A stretch of DNA of 64,000 bases from Oscillospiraceae bacterium (GTDB taxonomy: Bacteria > Bacillota > Clostridia > Oscillospirales > Ruminococcaceae), in NCBI GenBank assembly GCA_009777445.1, contig WRLV01000002.1, positions 8,256 to 72,255 of the forward strand. Reading direction: 5' to 3'. The notes beneath the pieces are model-generated. The model was not told where the DNA came from and searched no databases. It saw nothing but the letters and a program-made list of their open reading frames with translations. How positions within the stretch are numbered: the first letter of the stretch is position 1; each line of letters starts with the position of its first letter. Positions 27,752-37,338 of the stretch are shown here, one piece after another. A program made the translations under genes and the position numbers.

Positions 27752-27792
27752 ACACAACTGTCAACTGTCAATTGTCAACTGTCAACTGTTCG
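27752..27792 (-). repeat. Heptad-only copy of the repeat family, copy 4
   Basis: CAACTGT/CAATTGT heptads directly abut the stop (27793-27795) of the minus-strand DUF3795-like gene. Confidence 0.85.
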
Positions 27793-28092
27793 TCAACTGA
27801 CTTTTATATCTATCCATTTAGGATAGACGGTTTCGATGGTTAAGAGTTCTCCGCCCACGGGTTCTGTGTTGCGTTCATCGTCTTTATATTTAACGCAGGG
27901 GTAGTTTACGCACTCAACACATTCGTACTTTTCCATTTTATTATAGCAGCAATTATATATTGGGCAAATCACCTCATCCACAAATTCAAGCCAAAACACT
28001 CTCCCCTGCACTTCATTGCACCCTGTGCAATCGTGGGGAAAGTGTATACATTCGCCGCAATCTCTGCCGCAGCAACTTATAATGTCATCCAT
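27793..28092 (-). CDS. Cys-rich DUF3795-like protein
   Basis: MDDIISCCGRDCGECIHFPHDCTGCNEVQGRVFW...CPIYNCC. The ATG at 28092 is preceded by AAAGGTGGTG. Confidence 0.7.
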   Translation of the reverse strand: MDDIISCCGRDCGECIHFPHDCTGCNEVQGRVFWLEFVDEVICPIYNCCYNKMEKYECVECVNYPCVKYKDDERNTEPVGGELLTIETVYPKWIDIKVS

Positions 28093-28236
28093 ACGACACC
28101 ACCTTTCAACGACCAATAATATATATTGTATCAAGAAAATACAAGTTTGTCAATATATCGACAAAATTTTATTTCACCTTTTATTTCACATAGCGGTGAA
28201 AATTTGATGAGAGATTGAGAAAAACGTTCAGATGTG

Positions 28237-28265
28237 TTGACAACGGGGCAAAAAATTGGTATTAT
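28237..28265 (+). promoter_or_regulatory. Promoter of the relB/dinJ-like gene
   Basis: TTGACA, a 17-nt spacer, then TGgTATTAT. Confidence 0.6.
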
Positions 28266-28283
28266 AGTATTGGAGGTGGTATT

Positions 28284-28589
28284 ATGCAAAGCGCGAAATC
28301 AACAATAAATGTTAAAATTGACACGAGCGTAAAAGAAGCGGCAGCGGAATTATTGTCAAGAATGGGTATCGACCAGACAACAGCGATTGACATGTTCTAC
28401 CGCAAAATCATTGCCGTAAGGACTATCCCGTTTCAGCCGGAACCGCTCCCCACAAACGGCGAGCTTTTACTCGCCGCCATCAAGCGCAAAGGTATTCCGC
28501 ATAAAACAGTTGAAGTAAACGAGCAAGGTCACATATTTGTAGACAAAGACAAAGACCCCGACCTTTATGATTGGGCGGTGAACGGCTGA
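28284..28589 (+). CDS. RelB/DinJ-family type II antitoxin
   Basis: RBS GGAGGTGG. The sequence INVKIDTSVKEAAAELLSRMGIDQTTAIDMFYRKI is typical of a DinJ ribbon-helix-helix. Confidence 0.75.
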   Translation: MQSAKSTINVKIDTSVKEAAAELLSRMGIDQTTAIDMFYRKIIAVRTIPFQPEPLPTNGELLLAAIKRKGIPHKTVEVNEQGHIFVDKDKDPDLYDWAVNG

Positions 28590-28672
28590 TGAAAGCTTTT
28601 GATATTTTCATTTCTTATGTGTCATGGAGCGGCGGTGGTAAAATGCGCCCTGTCTTGATTCTCGAAGGCTAA
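28589..28672 (+). pseudogene. 27-codon remnant of the cognate toxin (PemK/MazF-like N-terminus?)
   Basis: ATGA start/stop overlap with the antitoxin. It encodes MKAFDIFISYVSWSGGGKMRPVLILEG and then TAA, which is far too short for a functional toxin. Confidence 0.35.
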
Positions 28673-28700
28673 TCGAATTTATTGCTCAATAAAGCCGCTC

Positions 28701-28729
28701 TTGACTTATCCAAAATTTAGTGTTATAAT
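28701..28729 (+). promoter_or_regulatory. Promoter of the zinc-ribbon membrane protein gene
   Basis: TTGACT, a 17-nt spacer, then TGtTATAAT. Confidence 0.6.
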
Positions 28730-28773
28730 AATAAAAGCAGTTGTCAACTATTCAGAAAGGGCTTAACTAAAAA

Positions 28774-29745
28774 ATGAAAATTTGTAATAATTGTCAAAAG
28801 AGTTTGGGCGAGGGTGACCGATTTTGTCATGCTTGTGGCGAAAGTGTCGAAGGCAAAATCGAAGTCAAAAGCGAATCTACACCTGTAACCGCTTCAAACG
28901 ACAACCCCCAATGGAACAACCTTTATCCCGGTGGCGCGCAAAGAGAAGAGTCGCGTTTTTATACCGCCGCGCCGCGTGCGCATGTTCTTGAGCGTTTGAA
29001 AACCGGCCCGTTTCTTCCTTTACTTAAAGCTGCGATTGTACTTTTAATTCTCAATTCGATTTTTAGTATAATCTCACTTGTCGTTGTTCTTAACACAGAT
29101 GTTGAGTCACTTTACAGCACGAATTTTGAGAGTTTGACTTATCAGTATCGTGAAATATTAGAAGCGATGTTAACCTCTGTCGCATTCTTTACTGCCGGGT
29201 GGATTGTCATCAGCGCGTTGCTCTTAGTGGGGCTTATTAAATGTCGCTCAACTTGTTTAAACGACAGCTTTCCTTTTTACAAAACCGCCGGCCCTACGCT
29301 TATAAAAGCCTCAGGGATTTGCTCTATAGTCGTAACCGGGTTGTTTGGTTTTCTGCTTTTTGCCTTCGCTTCTCGTTCTTTCAACGGAGCAGTCAGCACA
29401 CAATTGGAGTCTCAGTTCTACGCGCTCTTTTATTTTATCCTTACGCTTGGCTTGGCAATCGCAGCGGTGTTGCCGGTTTCGATTTTCATCAGCATTATCA
29501 CCACGGCGAATAAACTTAAAGTTATTTTCACTGAAGAGCCAAACAGCACTGTTAAACAAAAACTCGGGCTTTTTCTGCCGGTTGTTATGTTCGTAGGGGG
29601 AGGACTCAACGCCCTGCAAGTTCTTACACTATTGTTCAAAGGCACCTTGCTTGAGCTTATCGCAATGCTTCCTTCTACAGCGTTTTTAATTATATTACCA
29701 ATTGCCTACTTGAAGTTTCGCAAAGAATACATGACGAACAATTGA
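28774..29745 (+). CDS. Zinc-ribbon N-terminal domain, multi-pass membrane protein (hypothetical)
   Basis: CNNCQKSLGEGDRFCHACG followed by about 6 hydrophobic helices. The stop TGA lies inside the CAATTGACAATG heptads. Confidence 0.7.
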   Translation: MKICNNCQKSLGEGDRFCHACGESVEGKIEVKSESTPVTASNDNPQWNNLYPGGAQREESRFYTAAPRAHVLERLKTGPFLPLLKAAIVLLILNSIFSIISLVVVLNTDVESLYSTNFESLTYQYREILEAMLTSVAFFTAGWIVISALLLVGLIKCRSTCLNDSFPFYKTAGPTLIKASGICSIVVTGLFGFLLFAFASRSFNGAVSTQLESQFYALFYFILTLGLAIAAVLPVSIFISIITTANKLKVIFTEEPNSTVKQKLGLFLPVVMFVGGGLNALQVLTLLFKGTLLELIAMLPSTAFLIILPIAYLKFRKEYMTNN

Positions 29746-29858
29746 CAATGTACAATTGACAATTGACAATGGTGGAGTCGCCTTTCGGCGACGGATTTTA
29801 AAAACGTCCGCGCAAGCGGACACCACGACTGTCCACTATCCACTGTCCACTGTCAACT
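29739..29858. repeat. Two back-to-back copies of the repeat family, copy 5a/5b
   Basis: Heptads at 29739-29772. GTCGCCTTTCGGCGAC at 29777-29792. GTCCGCGCAAGCGGAC at 29806-29821. Inverted CCACTGT-type heptads at 29823-29858. Confidence 0.85.
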
Positions 29859-29876
29859 ATGATAAAGGGGGTTTGT

Positions 29877-31106
29877 ATGAAAAAGATTTTTGCTTTGTTT
29901 TTGGCGTTTGTGTTTGCGTTTGGGGTTGTGCCGTTTTCGGCTTTGGGGGCGGACGAATGGGCGGGGTGGGTCGGCATTTCAACCCCGGAAGATTTGCGGC
30001 TGTTGAATAATTCGAGTAATAAATTCTATCTAAGGGGAGATATTGAACTCAATGACATTACATCATGGCAACCGATTCCTTTGTTTAAGGGGACACTTGA
30101 CGGAAATAACTTTGCTATAATGAACTTGACGAGCACAAGGGGTGGGCTGTTCAACCGATTAGATGGCGCGACAATCAAGAACTTAGGGTTGTTGAATGTC
30201 GATGTGCGGTTTGCTTCAACAGTGGGTGGATTGTCTAACGAGTATAGTCAAACGATTACTGTTGAAAACAGCTATATAACCGGGAGAGTCGCGTATATCG
30301 GCAATAACCCCACTTTGCACTTCGGCGCGTCAGGATTTGTCGGTGCGAGAATAGGCGATTCAGGCGAAGCGCGGTTCATAAATTGTTATAACGGCGCGGC
30401 TGTCACATCGTCAATAAGCGCGTCGGGAATAAGCACATCGCTTGGAGTCTATACAAACTGTATAAACGCAGGGGAGATTATCGGCGGCTGTAAAGACGGC
30501 TATATTGGGGGGATTACCTCTAATCTTGTGGGAAAAACCATGTCGTTTTGCTATAATTTTGCCAAAATCGCCAACACCGTCAACAATTTGACAGGTGGGT
30601 TAGCAGGGGAAACCGAAAGTGCTTATATTCGCGGCGGTGCAACAATCGGGAAAGCCGTTGCAACAACCGACAGAATTAGCATATCCGAAACAATAGAAAA
30701 TGCAGAGCTTTCTGAATTTAAAAAGTCACAAACCTATGAAGGCTTTGATTTCGAGAATATTTGGTATATCAACCCACAGATAAATGACGGATTCCCACTT
30801 CTTCGTTCTATGTCAAGACATTACCAACTAACCGAGGAAGAAGAAGAGAAAGAAGAAGTCAAAGAAGAAGCGGCTACCGTTATTGCAATCGCTCTTCATG
30901 TGAGACTTAGGGTTGGCGACAGAATAAGACTCGGCGCGGCTCTGAACCCGGCTGACTCAGACGAGAGGATAACATACAGCTCAAACAGACCCGCAGTTGC
31001 ATCAGTGAGCAGTGCGGGGGTGGTCAGAGCAAGAACCCCGGGAGCGGCAATTATAACGGTCGCCGCCGGAAACGTCTCACAACGAATAAGAATTCGCGTC
31101 TCATAA
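29877..31106 (+). CDS. Secreted protein with GLUG-like Gly-rich repeats and a C-terminal Big_2 Ig-like domain
   Basis: RBS AAAGGGGG precedes the signal peptide MKKIFALFLAFVFAFGVVPFSALGA. GG(L/I) motifs recur. The C-terminus VGDRIRLGAALNPADSDERITYSSNRPAVASVSSAGVVRARTPGAAIITV is Big_2-like. Confidence 0.7.
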   Translation: MKKIFALFLAFVFAFGVVPFSALGADEWAGWVGISTPEDLRLLNNSSNKFYLRGDIELNDITSWQPIPLFKGTLDGNNFAIMNLTSTRGGLFNRLDGATIKNLGLLNVDVRFASTVGGLSNEYSQTITVENSYITGRVAYIGNNPTLHFGASGFVGARIGDSGEARFINCYNGAAVTSSISASGISTSLGVYTNCINAGEIIGGCKDGYIGGITSNLVGKTMSFCYNFAKIANTVNNLTGGLAGETESAYIRGGATIGKAVATTDRISISETIENAELSEFKKSQTYEGFDFENIWYINPQINDGFPLLRSMSRHYQLTEEEEEKEEVKEEAATVIAIALHVRLRVGDRIRLGAALNPADSDERITYSSNRPAVASVSSAGVVRARTPGAAIITVAAGNVSQRIRIRVS

Positions 31107-31142
31107 CGATGAGCCAAAAAACAGAAAGGCGGAAGTTAAATT

Positions 31143-31847
31143 TTGATTCCCTTTAAACCCAACACCGGAAAGTCCCTCGAAATTAAAACGGACAGCGGTA
31201 TTTATTTGAGATACCCCATAAGAACTCATGTCATAATGAAAGAAGATATTATGGAACGTGTGGTGGACGACTATGCGCGTGAATATCTTCAAGAGGGGGA
31301 TTGTCTGTTCATATCCGAAAAAATTATCGCGATTATGCAGGGGCGTTCTTATAAAGTGTCGGAAATAAAAGTCTCACGCTTAGCTAAATTTTTAGTAAGA
31401 TTTGTATATAAGCCGGATTACGGCATAGGCATAGGCTCTCCTGCCACTATGGAGCTTTGTATTCGCGCGGTGGGAAGGGTTAAGATTCTCTTTGCGGCAT
31501 TTTGCTCGGCAATCGGAAAGCTTTTCGGCAAAAGAGGGGTATTCTATAACATATGCGGGCCTGCCGCACGCGCAATTGACGGGCCGTGTGATTATACCAT
31601 TCCCCCTTACAACGAATACGCCAAAATGGCACCGGACAAGCCTTTTGAGGTAGCTGAAAAATTATCATGCCATTTAAATTGCCCCGTTGTCATAATAGAC
31701 GCAAATGACATTGCCGCAAACGTATTAGGAAAATATCCGCTTTCTATCACCGACAGTTTTTGCGAACAAGTTTTCAGCGACAACCCGTTAGACCAATGCG
31801 ACCAACAAACACCGCTGTGCATTGTCCGACGGGCAGCTGACAGTTAG
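31143..31847 (+). CDS. Gamma-glutamyl ligase (CofE/F420-ligase-like) family protein
   Basis: EGDCLFISEKIIAIMQGRSY resembles the F420_ligase family core. The start is TTG. Confidence 0.5.
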   Translation: MIPFKPNTGKSLEIKTDSGIYLRYPIRTHVIMKEDIMERVVDDYAREYLQEGDCLFISEKIIAIMQGRSYKVSEIKVSRLAKFLVRFVYKPDYGIGIGSPATMELCIRAVGRVKILFAAFCSAIGKLFGKRGVFYNICGPAARAIDGPCDYTIPPYNEYAKMAPDKPFEVAEKLSCHLNCPVVIIDANDIAANVLGKYPLSITDSFCEQVFSDNPLDQCDQQTPLCIVRRAADS

Positions 31848-31861
31848 GAGGGATTGGTTTT

Positions 31862-33328
31862 ATGCGTTCTTGTGGGATTTTACTTCATATTTCTTCTTTG
31901 CCATCGCCTTATGGAATAGGGACTTTTGGCGATGATGCTAAGCGGTTTGTTGACTGGGTTGCGGGGGCAGGATTGAAGCACTGGCAAATTTTGCCGCTTT
32001 CTCCTACCGGATTCGGCAACTCGCCCTATCAATCTTTCTCAACCTTTGCCGGAAACCCGTTGTTGATTGATTTAGATGACTTAATAAATTTAGGGCTGCT
32101 CGATAAGCAAGACTGCAAACAAGCAGACTTTGGCAAAAATCCGTCACTTATTGACTTTGAAAAGGTAAGCCACGCAAAGCTATCACTATTAGAAAAGGCT
32201 TTCCGGCGAGCCGCCACTTCCGATTATGACAAGTTCGCACAGAGTGAAGCGTTTTGGTTGGATGATTATGCTTTATATATGTCGATTAAAGAGTCAATGG
32301 GAGATAAAAGCTGGCTTGAATGGGATAAAGACTTACTCACGCGAAGCGAAAGTGCTATCGATAAAGCAAAAGCACAACACAAAGAACGCATCGCGTTTTG
32401 GAAGTTTGTTCAATATACCTTTGCGCGACAATGGCGCGAACTTCGCGAATATGCGAATAAAAACGGGGTTGAAATTATTGGCGACCTTCCCATCTATGTG
32501 GCTGTTGACAGTGCCGATGTGTGGGCTAATCCTGCCTTGTTCAGGTTAGACGACAACTTTAAACCCACCCGTGTTGCCGGCGTTCCCCCTGACTATTTCT
32601 CCTCAACAGGGCAACTCTGGGGCAATCCGCTTTACGACTGGGAGAAGATGAAGGCCGAAAACTATCATTGGTGGCTCAGCCGCATTAAAAAGAATCTTGA
32701 GCTTTACGACTGTGTGAGAATAGACCATTTTCGCGCATTCGATACCTATTACACCATACCTGCCGCCCACAACAACGCCATAAACGGTGGGTGGGAAGTC
32801 GGCCCCGGCATGGACTTATGGAACGCCGTCAGAGAAGAACTCGGAGAAATTAATGTAATCGCAGAAGATTTAGGTGAAATTTTTGAGTCTGTGCGTGTGT
32901 TGTTAAAAGACAGCGGTTTTCCCGGCATGAAGGTGTTGCAATTTGGGTTTAATGGCGAAAACAACGATAATGAACACCTGCCGCATCGTTATCCCGTGGG
33001 CTGTGTTGCCTACAGTGGAACTCACGACAACGCAACTTTCGAGGGGTGGTATAGACATTCCACCCAAAACGAAAAGGCTATGGCTAAACGTTATCTCAAG
33101 CCGCGCACTTTTGAGCCGATTAGCAAGGCGGCAATCCGCGCGCTCTTTCAAAGCCCTGCCGACTTGACAATCATCGCCATGCAGGACGTTTTGAGTTTAG
33201 ACAACCGCGCGCGAATGAACCTGCCGTCAACAATTGGCGACAACTGGATTTGGCGAATGAAACCCGGCGCGTGTAAACAAAAGCACGCGAAATTCCTCAA
33301 AGAACTGTGCGAAACTTATTTTAGATGA
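31862..33328 (+). CDS. malQ: 4-alpha-glucanotransferase (amylomaltase, GH77)
   Basis: CGILLHISSLPSPYGIGTFG, RIDHFRAF, IAEDLG and GTHDN motifs. Confidence 0.95.
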   Translation: MRSCGILLHISSLPSPYGIGTFGDDAKRFVDWVAGAGLKHWQILPLSPTGFGNSPYQSFSTFAGNPLLIDLDDLINLGLLDKQDCKQADFGKNPSLIDFEKVSHAKLSLLEKAFRRAATSDYDKFAQSEAFWLDDYALYMSIKESMGDKSWLEWDKDLLTRSESAIDKAKAQHKERIAFWKFVQYTFARQWRELREYANKNGVEIIGDLPIYVAVDSADVWANPALFRLDDNFKPTRVAGVPPDYFSSTGQLWGNPLYDWEKMKAENYHWWLSRIKKNLELYDCVRIDHFRAFDTYYTIPAAHNNAINGGWEVGPGMDLWNAVREELGEINVIAEDLGEIFESVRVLLKDSGFPGMKVLQFGFNGENNDNEHLPHRYPVGCVAYSGTHDNATFEGWYRHSTQNEKAMAKRYLKPRTFEPISKAAIRALFQSPADLTIIAMQDVLSLDNRARMNLPSTIGDNWIWRMKPGACKQKHAKFLKELCETYFR

Positions 33329-33372
33329 AAGCCTTGCATTTTTTGGCTCAATATGCTATACTTTAATATGTT

Positions 33373-34176
33373 ATGAATATTATGAAAATTATTGATTGTC
33401 ACACGCATATTTTCCCCACGAAAATCGCCTTGAGGGCGGCTGAGAGTATTGGGGACTTTTACGGGCTTGGCATGAATTTTGATGGGACTGTCAAAAGCCT
33501 CGTTGAAATCTGTGAGCAAAACCATGTCGCAAAATGTCTTGTCTGTTCGGTGGCCACTGCCCCTGAGCAGGTTCGCAGCATTAACAGCTTTATAAGCGAG
33601 AGCGTTTCTCAAAGTAACGGTTTATTTTTCGGGTTCGCGACATTACACCCGAAATTAAGCGAAGCGGAGCTTGAAAATGAACTCAGCTTTGTTGTCGATA
33701 ACGGGCTTTTAGGGGTAAAGTTGCACCCCGACTTTCAAAAATTCGAGGTTGACGGCAAAGAAGCTTGTAAACTGTTTGAACGAATCGAGGGTAAATTCCC
33801 CGTTTTAGTTCACGCGGGCGACTCACGCTATAATTATTCAAATCCACGAAGGATTAAAACCGTCATGGAGAGATTTCCGAATTTGACGGTAATCGCCGCG
33901 CATTTCGGCGGCTGGTCAGAGTGGGACGAGGCTGTGAGCGTGCTTTGCGATACTCCAAATTTGTACGTTGACACAAGCAGCTCGATGTACACAATCTCGC
34001 TTGAACAGGCGTATGAACATATCAAGGCATACACCCCTGCGCGCGTGCTGTTCGGAACCGACTACCCCATGTGGGGGGCAAAGGAGGAAATTGAGCATAT
34101 CAATAGTATGCCGCTAAGCGAAACAGAAAAAGAATTGATTTTTTATAAGAATGCAGAAAGGTTATTCAGATTATGA
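33373..34176 (+). CDS. Amidohydrolase-family metal-dependent hydrolase
   Basis: IIDCHTHIFP, VKLHPDFQ, AHFGG and GTDYP are motifs of the Amidohydro_2 type. Confidence 0.65.
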   Translation: MNIMKIIDCHTHIFPTKIALRAAESIGDFYGLGMNFDGTVKSLVEICEQNHVAKCLVCSVATAPEQVRSINSFISESVSQSNGLFFGFATLHPKLSEAELENELSFVVDNGLLGVKLHPDFQKFEVDGKEACKLFERIEGKFPVLVHAGDSRYNYSNPRRIKTVMERFPNLTVIAAHFGGWSEWDEAVSVLCDTPNLYVDTSSSMYTISLEQAYEHIKAYTPARVLFGTDYPMWGAKEEIEHINSMPLSETEKELIFYKNAERLFRL

Positions 34177-35240
34177 ACTTAAAAATCACCAAAACTACAA
34201 ATCCCAAGCCGCTCCCCGTTGACGAGTCCAAATTAGGGTTCGGGCAAGTTTTTTCAGACCACATGTTTATCATGCCGTATTCACCCGAAAAGGGTTGGCA
34301 TGAACCCGAAATCAAGCCTTTCGGCGAGATTTCTCTTTCACCGTCTGCGATGGTTTTTCATTACGGGCAAGAAATTTTCGAGGGAATGAAAGCCTATCGC
34401 ACCGCAAACGGGGACATTCAACTTTTCAGACCCGAACGTAACTTCGCACGCCTTAACATAAGCGCGAAACGTATGGTCATTCCCGAAATAAACGAGCAAG
34501 AGGCACTTTACGCGCTGAATGAATTAATTAAGCTTGATAAAGACTGGGTTCCTCACAGTGATGGCGCATCGTTGTATATTCGCCCGTTTATCTTTGCCAC
34601 GGACCCGTTTTTGGGTGTGCGCCCGGGAAATTACTACTATTTTATCATATTGATGTCGCCTTCGGGGCCTTATTATTCGAGTGGGCTTAACCCTGTGAGC
34701 ATTTATGTTGAGAAGGAATATGTGCGTGCGATTCGCGGCGGCGTGGGTTTTACTAAAACCGGTGGGAACTATGCCGCATCCCTTGCAGGGCAAAGTGAAG
34801 CGCAAAAGCAAAATTTTGCACAGGTGTTATGGTTAGACGGTGTTGAACGTAAATATATCGAAGAAGTCGGCGCGATGAACATATTTTTTGTGTTCGGCGA
34901 TGAGATTATAACGCCTGTTCTTGAGGGCTCGGTCCTACCCGGAATTACACGTATGTCAACGATTGAGCTTTGCCAAAAATGGGGGATTAAAGTAACAGAA
35001 CGCAAAATTTCAATCGACGAAGTAGCAGAGGCTTATGACAACGGAACCTTAAAAGAAATATTCGGAACCGGAACAGCCGCAGTTATATCTCCTGTCGGCG
35101 TTTTGAAGTGGGGCGATAAAATCATGACTGTTAACGACAACAAAATGGGAACCCTATCAAAAAAACTCTACGACACCCTAACCGGTATTCAATATTCAAA
35201 AATACCTGACGATATGGGGTGGGTTAGGAAAGTGACTTGA
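34173..35240 (+). CDS. ilvE: Branched-chain amino acid aminotransferase
   Basis: FHYGQEIFEGMKAYR, LYIRPF, GGNYAASL, EEVGAMNIFF and PGITR motifs. The stop TGA is the first unit of the heptads. Confidence 0.9.
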   Translation: MNLKITKTTNPKPLPVDESKLGFGQVFSDHMFIMPYSPEKGWHEPEIKPFGEISLSPSAMVFHYGQEIFEGMKAYRTANGDIQLFRPERNFARLNISAKRMVIPEINEQEALYALNELIKLDKDWVPHSDGASLYIRPFIFATDPFLGVRPGNYYYFIILMSPSGPYYSSGLNPVSIYVEKEYVRAIRGGVGFTKTGGNYAASLAGQSEAQKQNFAQVLWLDGVERKYIEEVGAMNIFFVFGDEIITPVLEGSVLPGITRMSTIELCQKWGIKVTERKISIDEVAEAYDNGTLKEIFGTGTAAVISPVGVLKWGDKIMTVNDNKMGTLSKKLYDTLTGIQYSKIPDDMGWVRKVT

Positions 35241-35347
35241 CAGTTGACAGTGGACAGTTGAGAGTTGATAGTGATTGTGTCCGCTTGCGCGGACGACTTG
35301 TAGGGGACGGGCTTGCCTGTCCCGATTTTTTTCGCCCCGTCCCCTAC
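35241..35347 (+). repeat. Composite intergenic repeat, copy 6
   Basis: Heptads at 35241-35278. GTCCGCTTGCGCGGAC at 35279-35294. TAGGGGACGGGCTTGCCTGTCCC at 35301-35323. Half copy GCCCCGTCCCCTAC at 35334-35347. Confidence 0.9.
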
Positions 35348-35375
35348 AATAACTGTCAAACTTTTTTCAAACCCC

Positions 35376-35404
35376 TTGACTTTTTCAAAAATTAATGTTA
35401 AAAT
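35376..35404 (+). promoter_or_regulatory. Promoter of the second Rpn-like gene
   Basis: TTGACT, a 17-nt spacer, then TGtTAAAAT. The layout matches 2465..2493. Confidence 0.6.
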
Positions 35405-35428
35405 TAATCTAAAGAAAAGGAGCGTTGT

Positions 35429-36313
35429 ATGGCAGAAGAAAAAATAAGTTTTGACCGAATTATGAAAGAAATCATTGAAGTCTATCCGGCTGAAAATATT
35501 ATACGTTTTATTAATACGGTTTATAACGAAAAAATCCCACTTGACAGCGAGGTCACGAGATTAGCGACCGACAGTAATTACAATAAGAAATTGCGATGTT
35601 CAGATGTTATGTTGAAGGTTAATGAGCGTGTTTATCATGCAGAAATACAGTCCGATGACAGAACTATGGTTTTTCGCATGTTTGAATATGGTTTCAGAAG
35701 CGCGGTGATTCACGGCAAAACCGTCACTAAAGATACGCTAACCCTTAAATTTCCCACACCGGTGGTTATTCATCTGAGAAAAACCCCAAACACGCCTAAA
35801 GAATTGAAAATACGCTTAGAATTGCCGAACATTGAACCGGTAGAGTATATGTTTCCGACAAAGTATGTCGGCGATTATGACTGTGACACCATGGCAGACG
35901 GCTCGCTTTATGCGATGTTCCCGTTTTATTCAATGAAATTAGAGAATAATCTTACTGCGGAAGAGGAAAAACAATGTTTTGAGGAAATAATATCACTCGT
36001 GGAACGACTAATGCAGGACATGGAAAAAGGAAAAATCAGCAAAACTGTTTCAGACTTAGTTATTTGCGGAATAGCAGACGTGCTTTCAAACATTAAGTCA
36101 AAAACCAAAATCAAAATACATAACAGAGAGGAGTTGGATAAAGTTATGGATAACGTTATGGAAAGAAAATACTATTTTAAACAGCTTGAGTTGTTTTATG
36201 AGGGTGTGCAAGAAGGCATGGAAAAAGGCAGGCAAGAAGGCATACAAGAAACCATTGAAAGGTTCAGACGCGGCGGCATGTCTGATGAGGAAATTAATAA
36301 ATACTTGCATTAA
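35429..36313 (+). CDS. Rpn-like PD-(D/E)XK nuclease / putative transposase family protein (divergent)
   Basis: SDVMLKVNERVYHAEIQSDDRTMVFRMFEYGF is a D...E.Q core like the 2520 gene. The C-terminal tail is EGMEKGRQEGIQETIERFRRGGMSDEEINKYL. Confidence 0.6.
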   Translation: MAEEKISFDRIMKEIIEVYPAENIIRFINTVYNEKIPLDSEVTRLATDSNYNKKLRCSDVMLKVNERVYHAEIQSDDRTMVFRMFEYGFRSAVIHGKTVTKDTLTLKFPTPVVIHLRKTPNTPKELKIRLELPNIEPVEYMFPTKYVGDYDCDTMADGSLYAMFPFYSMKLENNLTAEEEKQCFEEIISLVERLMQDMEKGKISKTVSDLVICGIADVLSNIKSKTKIKIHNREELDKVMDNVMERKYYFKQLELFYEGVQEGMEKGRQEGIQETIERFRRGGMSDEEINKYLH

Positions 36314-36377
36314 AAACGGAATTCCCAAAGAAATTCAGAAATTAAAATGCAAAGATTTTGATAAATTAGAAATTAGA

Positions 36378-36527
36378 GGACGGGCAAAAGCCCGTCCCGA
36401 ATTTACCACGAATTAACCACCGCCCAACACAAAAGTGTCGGGCGGTGTAGCTGTTATAATCTTAAATCCGTCCGCGCAAGCGGACACAATAATTGTCAAT
36501 TGTCAATTGTACATTGTCAATTGTCCG
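36378..36527 (-). repeat. Composite intergenic repeat, copy 7 (full-length)
   Basis: GGACGGGCAAAAGCCCGTCC at 36378-36397. CACCGCCCAACAC..GTGTCGGGCGGTG at 36418-36448. AGCTGTTATAAT. GTCCGCGCAAGCGGAC at 36470-36485. Heptads run to 36527 and abut the stop at 36528. Confidence 0.9.
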
Positions 36528-37175
36528 TCAGTTCGCATCAACTGCATTAGGTACAGTTTCGGGGGCTTTTTTCTCTTGAAGCTCTTTTTTATAGTTGTCG
36601 AACAGTTCATAGACTTTATCGCGGGTTTCATAGCTTATAGAGGGGAGTTTCCCTCTTTTCTCGCCCAACGCTTGATTAAAGCCTTTGTCAAATGCTTCGC
36701 GCATTTTGTCAAGCTTATCCACATCGTCGCCGGCTAAAGTTTTTGCGAAGGTGAAGATTCTTTCGGCGGTTGCATCGACACTCCAGTAGTCCTTGCCTTC
36801 TGAGGTGGCTTCGGCGGCTTTGAGTGCATCTAAAATCGCGCTGTCTTTGCTTAAAGGAACATAATTGGAAACCGCCCCGTTTGCCGCTTGGGCGTTCAGG
36901 GTGTTGGCAACCATTTCTCTCATCGAGTCGTTCATAATGCGTTTTGCCGATTTTCCGGTTTCGCTTAAAGCGTGAGGTGAGATGCCGCTTTTCGCGGTGC
37001 CTTTGGTATATGCAGGGGTGTAGTGCGCGGTGTCTTTTTCGACTCTGTCTTTGTTTTCGGTGTTGTCAGCTGCTAATGTAGATTCTTTTTTCTGGGTTTC
37101 TTCAGTTGTGGTCTTAGGGGCATTGTGGTTAACGTTTTTGTTAAAATCGTTTACATTTGTGTGTGCTATTCTCAT
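36528..37175 (-). CDS. Hypothetical protein (possible DUF5610-like C-terminal domain)
   Basis: 215-aa ORF. YWSVDATAERIFTFAKTLAG resembles the DUF5610 core, but this is a low-confidence recollection. Confidence 0.5.
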   Translation of the reverse strand: MRIAHTNVNDFNKNVNHNAPKTTTEETQKKESTLAADNTENKDRVEKDTAHYTPAYTKGTAKSGISPHALSETGKSAKRIMNDSMREMVANTLNAQAANGAVSNYVPLSKDSAILDALKAAEATSEGKDYWSVDATAERIFTFAKTLAGDDVDKLDKMREAFDKGFNQALGEKRGKLPSISYETRDKVYELFDNYKKELQEKKAPETVPNAVDAN

Positions 37176-37338
37176 AGTGTTATCCTCCTTTAATGATAGT
37201 TCTTGTATGTATTATCGTTCAAAAAAGTCAAAACTTGAGTGATTTGTAAAACTTTTCATATTATAATTTTGACAAGCCCTCAAATAATAAAATCAGCAAG
37301 TGTTTCTTGCATTTAATTTTTATTGAGAGGTAACAGTT

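Noticed and set aside
29823-29858. DnaA-box-like TATCCAC/TGTCCAC heptads that might mark oriC (the window is dnaB-proximal)
   Set aside because: They are a sequence variant of the CAGTTGA/CCACTGT heptad family, flanked by the family hairpin. There is no AT-rich unwinding element or dnaA/dnaN context.
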